From NCBI GenBank assembly GCA_030248215.1, contig JASANG010002214.1, forward strand, positions 62,001 through 126,000: DNA of 64,000 nt, written 5' to 3'. Below the pieces are notes generated by a model. It saw nothing but the letters and a program-made list of their open reading frames with translations, was not told the DNA's origin and did not search any database. This document shows, piece by piece, positions 50,666 to 62,527 of the stretch (its first letter is position 1; every line of letters begins with the position of its first letter). The DNA comes from Enoplolaimus lenunculus. Taxonomy: Eukaryota. A program made the position numbers and the translations under genes.

Positions 50666-51807
50666 CAACGTGTAGGTGGCTGTGCCACACTTAAACCTTT
50701 TTCAAATTAAAACTAAAATATAAAATAAAACCAAACATCAAAACCACACCTTAACGGAGTCCCTGGCTCCACCTAGTCTCTCTTAGAACTCAAGTTAGGC
50801 TTAGGCGTTGCTACAAGGCGTAAAAATTGTTAAATCGATGCTATGGCGGCTGTGTCCGCAATGTAAACTTACCTGGGCCCTGCGTGGCCGTGAACTATCT
50901 GTTGAATATTATTGCGTATACTGTTGGCTATTTTTGCGATTAACGACATAGCTAGGCTATGTCAGCACCAAAATGGTGCTTTATGAGTGGCTCGAAAATA
51001 ACGTTATTGTTGTTGTTGTTGTTGTAGTGTGTTGTGGAAGGAAGTGACACCGGGTGTGTGGCTCTGGACCTCAACCGCATAGCGGACACCCAATTGTGAG
51101 TGTCGGCGAAATGCAAATGAGGTCGAGATGCAAACAAGGGTAGCCAGGACCGGAATCATCATTCTTGGAGAGCTAGTGAACAGTGGTGTAATTTGTATCG
51201 ATCTAAACTACAGAGTGTTACAGTTTTTATTGTGTTTCTAACGTATCGGGCGTTTTGACGGCAAGTGAACCTTGGGTAAGTAGGATCGAACGGATTTAGT
51301 TTAAGTATTGTCACGGTGGCAGGCATGTGAAGGAAACCACGGTGCATAGGTTTAATCGGCATTGCGCAAGGCGCAGGATTTACCCAGTATAGAATACTGG
51401 TGTCATGTGTTAAAGGGGAAACTTGGGAATTACCGGAGAACCTGGGAAAAGTAGTCTAATAAATCTAACGGGGTTAGATTTATTATTCTACAACGGCTTG
51501 GCCAAATCTAATGGGGTTAGATTGGTCGGAAATTTGGTGTAACTCTAACGGGGTTAGAGTGCACGGTTTAACAGGGTGTAATTCTAACGGGGTTAGAATT
51601 GCACGGATTCTGGAAAACGGCAAAAATATTGGTAACGTTAAAGCCAGTGGCTGGATTAAACCAGATTCAGGCGTCGGCTTTAAGGATTCCGGTTCGGGTT
51701 GCCAGTTAAATTGCATAACCTGTAATTTGCTGGTATTGCATATTGGATATTTGGTGTCATACGGGTTTCGGGTTGGGATTTTTAATAAACATTTACCGGC
51801 CGCGTTT
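50666..51807 (+). mobile_element. Hairpin-rich dispersed element of unknown class, copy 1
   Basis: Colinear, end-to-end homology with the reverse complement of 59998-61243. No coding capacity, TIR or TSD seen. Confidence 0.75.
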
Positions 51808-51813
51808 AATTGG

Positions 51814-52176
51814 CTGAGTTTCTCAAATCTTACTTAAGGATTTAAGTGCTTAAGTTACACTTTAGTAATTACATGTCGCCGACTTAAGTACTTAAATTTT
51901 CAAGCACAACCAAAGAAGCGCCAAATATTAACGAAACGACCATTGTCATGGCAAGGAACTAAGAGTTTTTCTTAATATTATTGAGGCATCATGAGTCTAA
52001 AATTTCAATTAGACAAAGGTCAGTATGCCTAAACGGTAACTAGTATATCGAATTTAGCCAGCGACTTAAGTATTTACTTACTTAAGTACTCTTTTAAAAA
52101 CGGCAAAATTTTTAAGCAATTACTAAGCCTGTTCTTAAGTACTAAGTCGTACTTAAGTAGCGTTTCAGAAACCCAG
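51814..52176. mobile_element. MITE with ACTTAAGT subterminal palindromes (second copy about 49756-50090, fragment about 15750-15830)
   Basis: CTGAGTTTCTCAAA ... TTTCAGAAACCCAG ends; colinear with 49756-50090. Confidence 0.75.
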
Positions 52177-53623
52177 GAAAGATTGCACCCGAACTCTCGC
52201 CATGATCTGCCCAAATTTTATACGACCCATTAAATATAGAACTCACCAAAGCATCTACTTTTACACTGTTTAGTTTGCCCATTTGACGAGTAAATTTTAC
52301 TGAACGTGGCATCGTATACACAACAAATATTTCGTGCTGATTTAAAACAAAGTTTGAATTATAAAAAGTGACAGTTTTCTTTTAGTCTCATTCATCTGTA
52401 ACTAATTTAAAGGTTCTATCTTTGTTAGCGTATTTTCAAACTGGAAATATTCATAAGCTTTCTTGCGAAACCCGAAGAAGTTAAGAAAGCCGATTTTACC
52501 TTCTCGTCTGTTTCACTATAACGACATTCTTTCGGTGGCCACCAGCGTTAGAATTTTGTTGATCCGCTCATTTTCTCTATAGACCTATAACAAGGCTGTA
52601 GAAGCACACTTCTCGATAAATCAGAAAACGTTTGGCAAACCACTTTGTGAGGTTATTGCCGGATGACGATCGGGGCCGAAACCACACCTTGCGATCCCTG
52701 TTTCCGTCGTGCCGTTGAGCCCTCTATAAAGTTCACTGAGGTACTAAAAATAATTCATTAGGTCGTGTGTGGTCCGCATCGTGTCTCCCTGCTGTTCACG
52801 GAGGTGTACTTGTATTACAGAGGTCGTATTCGAGAGAAAAAGCCAATTAATTTAGTTAAAAACATTCCGTGCCATCCTCCACAATCTTTGGATCATGACG
52901 TATGAAGGTTTTGGAATGACCAGAATTAATTTTCTGCCAGTGTGACCAAAACCGTTCCTGAGTCGACACTCCGGAATGAGGTCCTATGAGAGGACAAGGT
53001 CCCCCATGGGGGAGTTCGGGTTGTTATCCCCGGCACTGGTTACGATATAGGATGTATTATCCCTTTTTAAACACAACCGCTGACAAACAATTATGGTTCT
53101 ATGCAAGCAAACACGAGTCATGCTCGACTGTAGACGTTGCTGTTAGCCTAAAGTGTTCTATATTTGGCTCAAATAGATTATCGTAGGTTTATATCTGTAA
53201 ATGCATAAAATTGCCTCGTTAAAGCTGGTTTGTACCATTCCAATAAAGAGCATAGAGCTAACGTTTGATATAACGAATCAAATATTTATGAGATGTTTCA
53301 ATGGATGTTGCAACAATATATAGAAGTTCAACCTAAGTGCTATTAAACGTGCAAGTGTGTACGATGTACGCATAATTTAATATTTGTTCGAAATGAAGAA
53401 TAAAAATCTTTCTTCAAATCTAATTTTAGATCTGCCCGACATACGTCATTTTTAGCTGCATGCGTTAAATATGTTTTAGTCGAACACATACTGAGATAGG
53501 CACTGCTAATACGTATCCCATGAAAAGAAATTGTAAACGGTCGTTAGAATTGCTTGAACCCCGCTTTAAAAATAACGTGAAATACAATCACACCCCAATT
53601 TAAACTTTTTTGACTAACATCCC

Positions 53624-53830
53624 GACCCATGTAAAGATCAGGGGCAAAGCATTTTTGATTTTTTGTGGGACTGCAATAGACTATTAAACTTAAGCTTTAG
53701 ACTAATTTTTTTGCTTCGCTTTAGGCTTTAGGCATAGGCTTAGGCGTTTTAATATGCTCATTCTGACGGTTAGGCTTAGGCTTAGGAATATGCTTATAAT
53801 ACTGTTCTGCCACTGTCCTTTACATTTGCC
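53624..53830. mobile_element. GGCC-ended TTAGGC MITE
   Basis: GACCCATGTAAAG ... CTTTACATTTGCC; two TTAGGC blocks. Confidence 0.8.
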
Positions 53831-54212
53831 CTCATCCATACAGTATCTTGAAGTTGGTTCACAGCGGAACGGTAATTTAAAATAAAATTATTGTTTTTGT
53901 CGTTTTCAGATGAACTGTGCTGGAATCTTTAATTTTACAAAAATATATGCTATTTTAAATTTCTCGGTATAGCTAAGGGAACAATGTATAATTGCGGTGT
54001 TGGCTGGTTCTTGGAAAGCTGATAAAATTCGCATGTTGCCATTTTATGCATGTATTTTGTTCGATATTTTAAATATGTACGAAAATTTTTCAAATACTTT
54101 TAATAACGGCATTCAGACGAAATCAGAGGAGGCCTATCTGGATTTCGTGATATTTTAGCCTCAATGTTTCTCGTCCGTATATTTAATTAAAAGTTATTGG
54201 ACCCAAAAACTG

Positions 54213-54366
54213 GGCCCATGTAAAGATCAGAGGCGGAACGTTTTTCTATGGCACCAGAAAACAGTAAGCTTAAGATTTTGACCAATTTATTGCTTGGGCT
54301 TAGTCTTAGACTTAGGCTTAGGAATATGCTTATAATACAGTTCCGCCCCAGTTCTTTACATTGGCC
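54213..54366. mobile_element. GGCC-ended TTAGGC MITE (short variant)
   Basis: GGCCCATGTAAAG ... CTTTACATTGGCC. Confidence 0.82.
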
Positions 54367-55499
54367 AAAAATGCCATTGAATTGTTTTTTCATGTAAAAA
54401 TCCGTGGTTTCCGAATGTTTCCGGTTCACGGCATAATTTTGCCGTTTAAACATCAACTCAATCGAATAACCAGAATTTCTGTTTGGGAAGAGCAACACCA
54501 AATGTATAAGTTTTTACCGATCTCGACGGAAGTAATTTATATTTAGTAACGGATACTGCTTAAAAAATTGCGGTTTCATAACCATTGAAGAGGGAATAGC
54601 CGCCACGATCTTCTTTAGCTACGCGGACATTGGAACGTTGACAAGTGTAACAGTTACAATAGTATAACCATACTGTAAAAAACGTGTAAACCTTATCCTT
54701 AGCCTAAACGATAAATTAGTCTAAAGCTTTAGCTTTTACTCTATCATAGTGCCACGAAGAACAGTTCGCCCTGTAAAACGTGAGCCGTGACTGGCAACCG
54801 TACTATAGAAGTTTAGGCATTTTATGCTCTGTGTGCTGTTTCATATAATTAAAATCAATATACATGACGGTTTATATTTTTGCCAGTGTACCACAGCCGG
54901 TAACAACAGACAAAAGCCATAAGGGACTGGATTCCTTTTAAAAATTCGGGTCTTTTCAGTTTATTACAGCTAGCAGACATTCGCCCAAAAATAGTAGGAT
55001 TTGGAACCTTTTTGCATGTTTGAGCTTTTCATGACCTTCATGCCCGTTTCGTTACTAAATTTGAAGTTTTGGAAAATTCTATTACTACAGTCACAATGCC
55101 CCCTCTTAAGATCAAAAAAACTTTTTGTCAAAAAATTACACACAATGACGGGAAACATGGTCAAACAATCGATTTGGAGCCGTTACAAATCCGTCACAGG
55201 TAAGGTGCAACTGGAGGTGGAAATCAACAGAGCCGAAGCCGGATGTCAAATTTCTGCGACTGCCGGAGTCGGACGTAGACCTCCGGTGGTACCCTGCTGA
55301 CAGCGCATTAAATCTGTTATTTGTCCAAACTCGTTTAACCAATCGTATGATTGTGAAAAACTTAAAAACAACATTGACAATAAACCTTTTGGGTCCCGCC
55401 TGGGAGACTCATAACCTTAAAAATAGACCTTTTCCAAACTTCAAATTAGTGCGTGAAATGACCAGGGGTAATTATGATTTGCTCAAATATGCAAAAATT

Positions 55500-55665
55500 T
55501 GCCAATGTTACTTTAAGGGGCGTAACAGTAGATTAAGCGTATTCCTAAGCCTAAGCCTAAGCCTAAGCGTTGCAAAAAATGTGTTCCTAAGCCTAAGTCT
55601 AAACCTGAGCCTAAGCCTAAGCAAAAAAATGTAATCAAGAATCTAAACATACTGTTTTATGGACC
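55500..55665. mobile_element. Degenerate TTAGGC MITE
   Basis: TGCCAATGTTA start, (CCTAAG)n blocks, ATGGACC end. Confidence 0.65.
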
Positions 55666-57734
55666 CATCACAAACGTGGACGCCAACTTAAGGTGGTCCC
55701 AAAAATTTTCAAAATCCGACTTTTCCTATATGCGAACTCCGGCTGTCAAGATAACCGAAGAAAAAACTAAAAAAATTGCTGCTTCCACCCACAGGTTTGG
55801 CCTAGTGAAATGCCGCCTGAAATTTTTTCCTCAAACATGTTGGATTAATCTACGGGCATATATTTTCCACTCAACGCAACGTTTTACTGAGACTACGGTT
55901 GAAGGGGCATCTATCACTCGATAGACTTATTTAAATATCACCAGCTGGCACTCACCGCATATATATACAGAGGTATATCCGACTGACTTACAATAAAATA
56001 CCTTATATACCATTTTAGTACAACTGAGAACAGACCAGTACACAGATAAACTATATATACTTTAATTTCTTTTCACGATTTGTCTTCAGCTTAGCGTCGT
56101 AAGTACACACCCCAAACCCATGGTCAACTATATGCCTAAACTAGCTCCTCAACCGCTGAGAGATATAGCAGATGGAACCCTGGGCCCCGTATATGGTTGG
56201 TTGTTTATAAAGTGGGTTTTAGTGTAGAGTTTGCGTGAGAATCATACGATATTTATATGGGTCATTATTATGCTATACTGCAAGTTCATCCTCAAAATCA
56301 CATTATCGTCAGTTTTCGTATTTAATGGCTTTTACTGCACTGTTTAGTTAGATAGTGGCATTTTGCATTACCTACGGTTGTTCATGTTACACTTAAAGTC
56401 GGAGGCACTATACTAAATATCGATATATGTATCAGGGTCCGACAGTATATCCGGCTCCCGATCCGGTAAAAAATCGACATCCGGCTCCGGTATTTTAACT
56501 TGCTGGATATTATTTTAAAAGAATTCAAAAAATTTATACAATCATTTGTATTTATGCCAAGTACCATCCGAACTGATTGACTTTACTGTTACATATTTTT
56601 TCTGTCACCCATGTAATGTAAATGTTTGCATGTGACCGTGTACGTTCACAATCTTTATCATCTTTTAAAGGATACGCCTATACCTCAGCATAAAAATGAG
56701 ACTATAACTAAGCCTAAGAGTAAGCAAAAATATTAGCCTTAATCCGAGCCAGGAATGGGCGGAAACTGATCATGAAAAGTTTCGATCTCAGTCAACTCTT
56801 GGTCATCACCCAAGAAAATAAAATTTTCATACTAAACTTATTTGTAATGCTTTTTCGTAGTTTTTGTATATTTTTATAAGTTTTTTGTGTTTCCAGAATA
56901 TCTGCTAATTATTATTGCGTAACTATGAAAATTCATTGATTCATAGCAAATTTCTTTTGTCATGTATTACTTGCTTCAACAATATTAACTTCTGCTATTT
57001 ACAGGTCTACCAGCTTTTGCTGAATCTTCGACTTTTGGTGTCGGTTTTAAATCGCCGAGACTCAAGAAACCGATACCTGCTAAATACCGAAAGTTGCAGT
57101 GATTGAGTCCGAGACTGCCATCTCTGATCTCAGCCACGTCTTGTCCTTAAAAGGAGCATGGGCCACACGAATATTGCAACTGAACCCAACGCTACGAAAC
57201 ATAGCGGAATAAAGTGGTTGTTAAAGTGTTAAAAAGTTCGCAAACGAGAAACCAAACGCAATTATAGTACTAAATTTTTAGCAGATAATCTTACCTGTGA
57301 CACCTGTTGGGGACCTATTTTTCGGTGGCACCCATGGATCTGGCAGTAGTTAGAGGCATAGCCATGTGTGCCGAAACTACCGCTGCCGAAAATACCGCTG
57401 CCTGCCCTAGGAATTGGTTTGACCGAATTTTGTTTTCGTCACAAAAATATCCGGATAAGAAAATTGATTTTTATACACACAAGCTTCATACAAACAAATA
57501 ATACTTGGTATTACAGAAACGTTTTCTCACACGTTTCAAACAGAATTTAGGAAGATGCTCCTGAAAAATAATTCTGTTTCATAGAAAAAATTTCCACGAA
57601 AAAATTTGCGTCTTAAGTCTTAAAATCAGTCGTAATAAAATATGAACCCTTTGCCAATATTTTCAGGAAACTTAAATTTCGAAAACCACTTTTTAATTTT
57701 ATTTGGCGCAGGAAAAGATTTCTGATTCTCAGTA

Positions 57735-58156
57735 GTGTATTGACCCGAATAAGAGGGGGAGAGTCCGAATCAATTGGAGCCCGTATCCCTTATAAGAGTC
57801 CGTAAGCTGATAGAGTCCCTTAACCCTAATTAGAGTTCATAAATGTTAATTAACCCTAATTGTAGTGCATAAATGACTCCAGGACCAAATAAAGTTGTGC
57901 TCGAAACTTTAAAGCGTACTTAAATTTTAAAAGTAATATTCCAAAGTATAACGTTGCATTATCGCTCACGCTTTTGATACTAGGCAAAAAAAACGTTTAA
58001 TTCGAAGGATAGTTGCAATACCAGATATATCAGTAACGACGGGTGGCGGAGGGCGGGATCGAAATAAATAACAGTCCGTAACCGAATAACAAAGGGGGGT
58101 ACCCTCTGGAGAGGCCAAATAAATATCAGACCCCCCTCTTATTCGGGTCACTACAG
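57735..58156. mobile_element. Tc1/mariner-type MITE
   Basis: TA|GTGTATTGACCCGAATAAGAGGGGG ... CCCCCTCTTATTCGGGTCACTACAG|TA. Confidence 0.82.
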
Positions 58157-58989
58157 TACCAGATTAAAAAATACTTTTATCAAGGAGGTCGTGTAATCAG
58201 TGCCGGAGCAGGCAGGGGTCGGGGTTCCCCAAACTCCAGGGTGGTGGCACCTAACGTAGAGGTGGATCCATAATTTCTCAATGTTTAATTTAAAATTGCA
58301 TGAGTTCTACATTCGTGTTTGTCACATGAGAGAACACAGTTCCAAAAACAGTTTCACACAAAAGTTGCAAAATGCTGGATCTAGAAAGAGAACCCATCTT
58401 TGAAATAAATCACACTTTCTGCTTGAGTAGCTGAACAGTTCATATTTTTTGAAAACTTATACAATCTTTGTAAACTCCAAGCAGGGAAGACAGCACACGG
58501 CACACCTCATTCCAAAACTGATTTATTAGCGTTCTTGAATATTTCATTTTGGGTGAGTTATATTATTTTAATTGTAGGCTAGCGAGACTAAAGAGTGAGA
58601 AAATTTGTTAACATTTAACAGCACTTAATGGTCTACATAGTGTGCGAAGCCAATAAATGAATGTTGGCAAGATTTAAAGATTGTGAAAAACTCGCGAGCG
58701 AAACGCCAGATGCATTTCAGAACTTGGCGGTTTTTGTTTCAACCGGTTAGGGTAGGGACCCCTTTAGAGGTGGACCCCCTAAACCATAGGGTATGAGGGG
58801 GTAGCTGCTCTGGTCCTGTGCGCAATACATAATAATGGTGAAATTATTTGCGAGCAAAGCGAGCAAGAAGCTTAACGCGATTTTAGTGTTAATTTCATTA
58901 ACACAAAATTACTTATGGGTTTTCATCCATGTTTGATAAGCCAGGGCCTGGGTTGACCTCCATTAATAGATTCGCCCTATAGCTAAATT

Positions 58990-59187
58990 GACCCATGTAT
59001 AGAACAGGACCGGGACAGTAAGCATATTCGAAAGCCTAAGACTAAGCTTAAGCCTAAGCCTAAGCGTACGGACGAGCCTATTCCAGAACCAAAGCGTAAG
59101 CCTAAGCAAAAAAATTGGTTGAAAGCTTACACTGACTCTATTATAGCCCCTAGAGAAAACGATCTGGCCCTGTTCTATACATGGACC
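58990..59187. mobile_element. GGCC-ended TTAGGC MITE
   Basis: GACCCATGTATAGAACAGG ... CCTGTTCTATACATGGACC; flanked by the direct repeat TAGCTAAATT. Confidence 0.85.
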
Positions 59188-59388
59188 TAGCTAAATTGAA
59201 CAAAGAATATGCTTTTCGCATGTATATATAACGTACTTACATGGCGTTAGGTGTCGAATTTCCAACCAACTCTGGCATTTTACGATAAAGATCACAAAAC
59301 TACGTACGAAAATTGTAAGCTTTCAAAATTGTGATCTCATATAAAGTTTTATAGTATATTTGGGAGTAAGCAGAATTAGAAGGCATGG

Positions 59389-59391
<3 letters not shown>

Positions 59392-59438
<47 letters not shown>

Positions 59439-59460
59439 CATATATATATAAATATATATA
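59392..59460. repeat. (AT)n microsatellite
   Basis: Direct read of the sequence. Confidence 0.97.
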
Positions 59461-59997
59461 TTCATTTTGCCGCTCCTGAGCAACCCTTTTCTTGAGTTGA
59501 TCGGTTACAGACTATTGTTTATTTTTAATTCACTACGTACATATTTGTTGGACCCAGCAACGTTCCGTTTTAAATATTCGTTCTTTTGGGTACTTAGAAC
59601 TGATTTGCTCTGGTGCATTTTTGATGATTGCCATATCTGCTAAACTTTTTTCATGTGAAAACTTTAAATTCCCAAAATAATGAAAAAATCGTACCGTTGC
59701 ATAATAGTAACAGTGTTTCGCCATGACCAATTGTAGCCTGTTACGTTTCGATAAGACCACTGATAATTTAAATTTCCTTCAGCGAAATCTATTCTAGTTT
59801 AAAGAGATTTTGAGAATGTCTAATCAGCATTTTAGTATCATCTTTTAGTGGTTTAAAAAGTCGTTACTACGCTAAAATCAGATTGATCCAGAATAGATTA
59901 GGGTTGTGTGAGAAGTTCGTGATTTTGACTTAAGCCTGTATCCTGTATCGCCTGTATAGTTCTTTTCTCGATGTATGCTATTCGCTCTGATTTAGTA

Positions 59998-61243
59998 AAA
60001 CGCGGCCGGTAAATGTTTATTATAAATCCCAACCCGCAACCCGTATGACACACAAAATACCCAAATTTAAGGCCAGCAAATCACAGGTTATGTAATTTAA
60101 CTGGTACCCGCGACCTGTGGGACACAAAACAACCGAAATTAAGGCCAGCAAATCACAGGTTATGTAATTTACTGGTACCCGAACCGTAAGACACGAAATA
60201 CCCAAATTAAAGGCCAGCAAATCACAGGTTATGTAATTCAACTGGTAACCCGAGCCGGAATCCTTAAAGCCGACGTCTGAATCTGATTTAATCCAGCCAC
60301 TGGCTTTACCGTACCAAATACTTTTGCCGTTTTCCAGAATCCGTGCAATTCTAACCCCGTTAGAATTACACCCCGTTAAACCGTGTACTCTAACCCCGTT
60401 AGAGTTACACCAAATTTCCGACCAATCTAACCCCGTTAGATTTGGCCCAGCCGTTGTAGAATAATAAATCTAACCCCGTTAGATTTACTAGACTACTTTT
60501 CCCCAGGTTTCCTTTAATATCCCAAGCTCCTTTAGCACATGACACCAGTATCCAATACTGGGTAATTTCCGCGCCCTGCGCAACGCCGATTAAAATCCGT
60601 GATGCCTGCTTTCCTTCACATGTTAAGCCACCGTGACAATCTTAAATTTAAATCCGTTCGACCTTACTTATTAAAATTTCCAAACGCAAGCCAAAATTCA
60701 AGAAGCAATGTAAAAATAAACGCTCACCGCCAACCAATAAACGCCAACCGATTCGTAAGAAAACTAAACCAAGACTGATTCCGGTCCTGGCTACCCATAT
60801 CGGCATCTCGACCTCATTTGCATTTTCGCCGACACCCACAATTGGGTGTCCGCAATGCGGTCGAGGTCGAGAGCCACCCAACCGGTACTACAACAACAAC
60901 AACCATGCCGGAGACACACAATAATAAAAGCACCATTTTGGTGCTGACATAGCCTAGCTATGTCGTTAAGCGCAATTATAGCCATCTCGATATGCACCAT
61001 TAATCAATACCATTCTATGGCCACGCAGGGCCCCAGGTAAGTTTACATTGCGGACACAGCCGCCATAGCATAGTTTTACCCATTTTTACGCCTTGTAGCA
61101 ACGCCTAAGCCTAACTTAAGTTCTAAGAGAGACTAGGTGGAGCCAGGAACTCCCTTAAGGTGTGGTTTTGATATAGGGTTTTATTTTAGTTTTAGTTTTT
61201 AGTTTGAAATAGGTTTAAGTGTGGCACAGCCACCTACAGGTTG
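59998..61243 (-). mobile_element. Hairpin-rich dispersed element of unknown class, copy 2
   Basis: Same termini as copy 1 (CAAC-TGTAGGTGGCTGTGCCACAC ... AATAAACATTTACCGGCCGCGTTT), with an extra triplication of a ~70-bp unit at about 60045-60255. Confidence 0.75.
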
Positions 61244-62078
61244 TACTCAGGAGCTGCGCGCTAAACGCGCGTCGGGCAAAAAGGAATACCCGCGGCCAGA
61301 AGAATTTCACAGTGCGGATCAAAATTTATTAATCTTTACTAATCAAAAATTTTTATAAGAAAATTCGGAAAAGGATATTAATGTATTAAAAAACTTGAAT
61401 TTTTAAACTATTTTTACCGTATGAGTGAAAATTAATTACTACACTCCTGGTGATAACAGACGCAAATTGCACCCATGACCGGCCCGTAGCCAGCTCACCT
61501 TGCTAGGGGGTAAAAATATTTTCAGAAGGGGCATTCAAGGGTTTTGAATGAGTTTACAATTACAAGCAATGTTGAAAGCTTTCTAGGGGGCCCAGAATTT
61601 TCCAGTGGGGCCTAACCCCCCCCCCTGGCCCACTCTTGGCTGGGCCCGACCCATGAACGTCACCTCACTGTTTGTATTCAGAAGACTTGAGACCGGAATT
61701 GTATTTCCGGCGTTATCATGTCAAATACTGAACAAATTTTGCACGACGGGTGTAAACATTATCAGTGAAATTGTGCTCAAAATAAATTTTTCGGTAACAG
61801 TTGTTTTTTTCACAAAATCGCATTTATGATCAAGTGCTATTTGTTTGGGTTAATATTTGTCAAATTTTATATGCCTATTGTTTCAATTTGCGTACAGTCT
61901 ACATTCTCTATGTTCTATAGAAAATTTCTGACACTCAATAGCTTCAACGGTAAAATATTAACATTTTGCTATAATGGTTTCCGGCACCATCACGTACCCA
62001 ACAATAATGTGTTCCTTAAGGCATAGTTGCATTGTTTCGTGGCGTTTATATACAGTGTTGCTGTTTATAAGTACGTAT

Positions 62079-62279
62079 GGCCCATGTAAAGATCACGGGC
62101 GGAGAGTTTTTTTGTGGGTCTAGAATAGTGTAAGGTTAAGCGGTAGATTAATTTTTTGCTTGGCTTAGGCTTAGGCTTAGGCTTAGGAATATGCTCATTC
62201 TTACGCTTAGGTTTAGGTTTAAGCTTAGGCTTAGGAATATGCTTATAATACTGTTCCGCTTCTGTTCTTTACCTTGACC
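62079..62279. mobile_element. GGCC-ended TTAGGC MITE
   Basis: GGCCCATGTAAAG ... CTTTACCTTGACC; a run of about four TTAGGC units at about 62161-62187. Confidence 0.85.
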
Positions 62280-62527
62280 AGTAGGTTCATAGATATTTTT
62301 TCGTTCAGACGTTAATCGTTATAAATGCCTACTTTTATTACCCCTAATCCTAAAACAAAGCCTAATCGTAATTTTAATTCAAATCTCACGTCTGAATATA
62401 AAGCTAAATCATGAGTCTAAATCAAAGGCTAAACTTTCTAGTCTCTGTGTCGCCAACTCCTGCTGTCTCTTAGTTTAATAGGAGCCAATTGCTACAAAAT
62501 CTACATTGAACCGGTCTCAGCGACACA

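Noticed and set aside
50865..51030. U1 snRNA gene
   Set aside because: Only the first 12 nt match; no U1-70K loop, U1A loop or Sm site is recognisable.
50666..51807. Hammerhead, HDV-like, twister or pistol ribozyme in the structured element
   Set aside because: I could not assemble a complete catalytic core by eye. A covariance-model search is needed to exclude it properly.
50666..61243. Single 10.6-kb transposon with 1.1-kb TIRs
   Set aside because: The arms are too divergent in their spacers, there is no flanking TSD, and the interior holds only MITEs and no transposase. Two independent insertions is the simpler reading.
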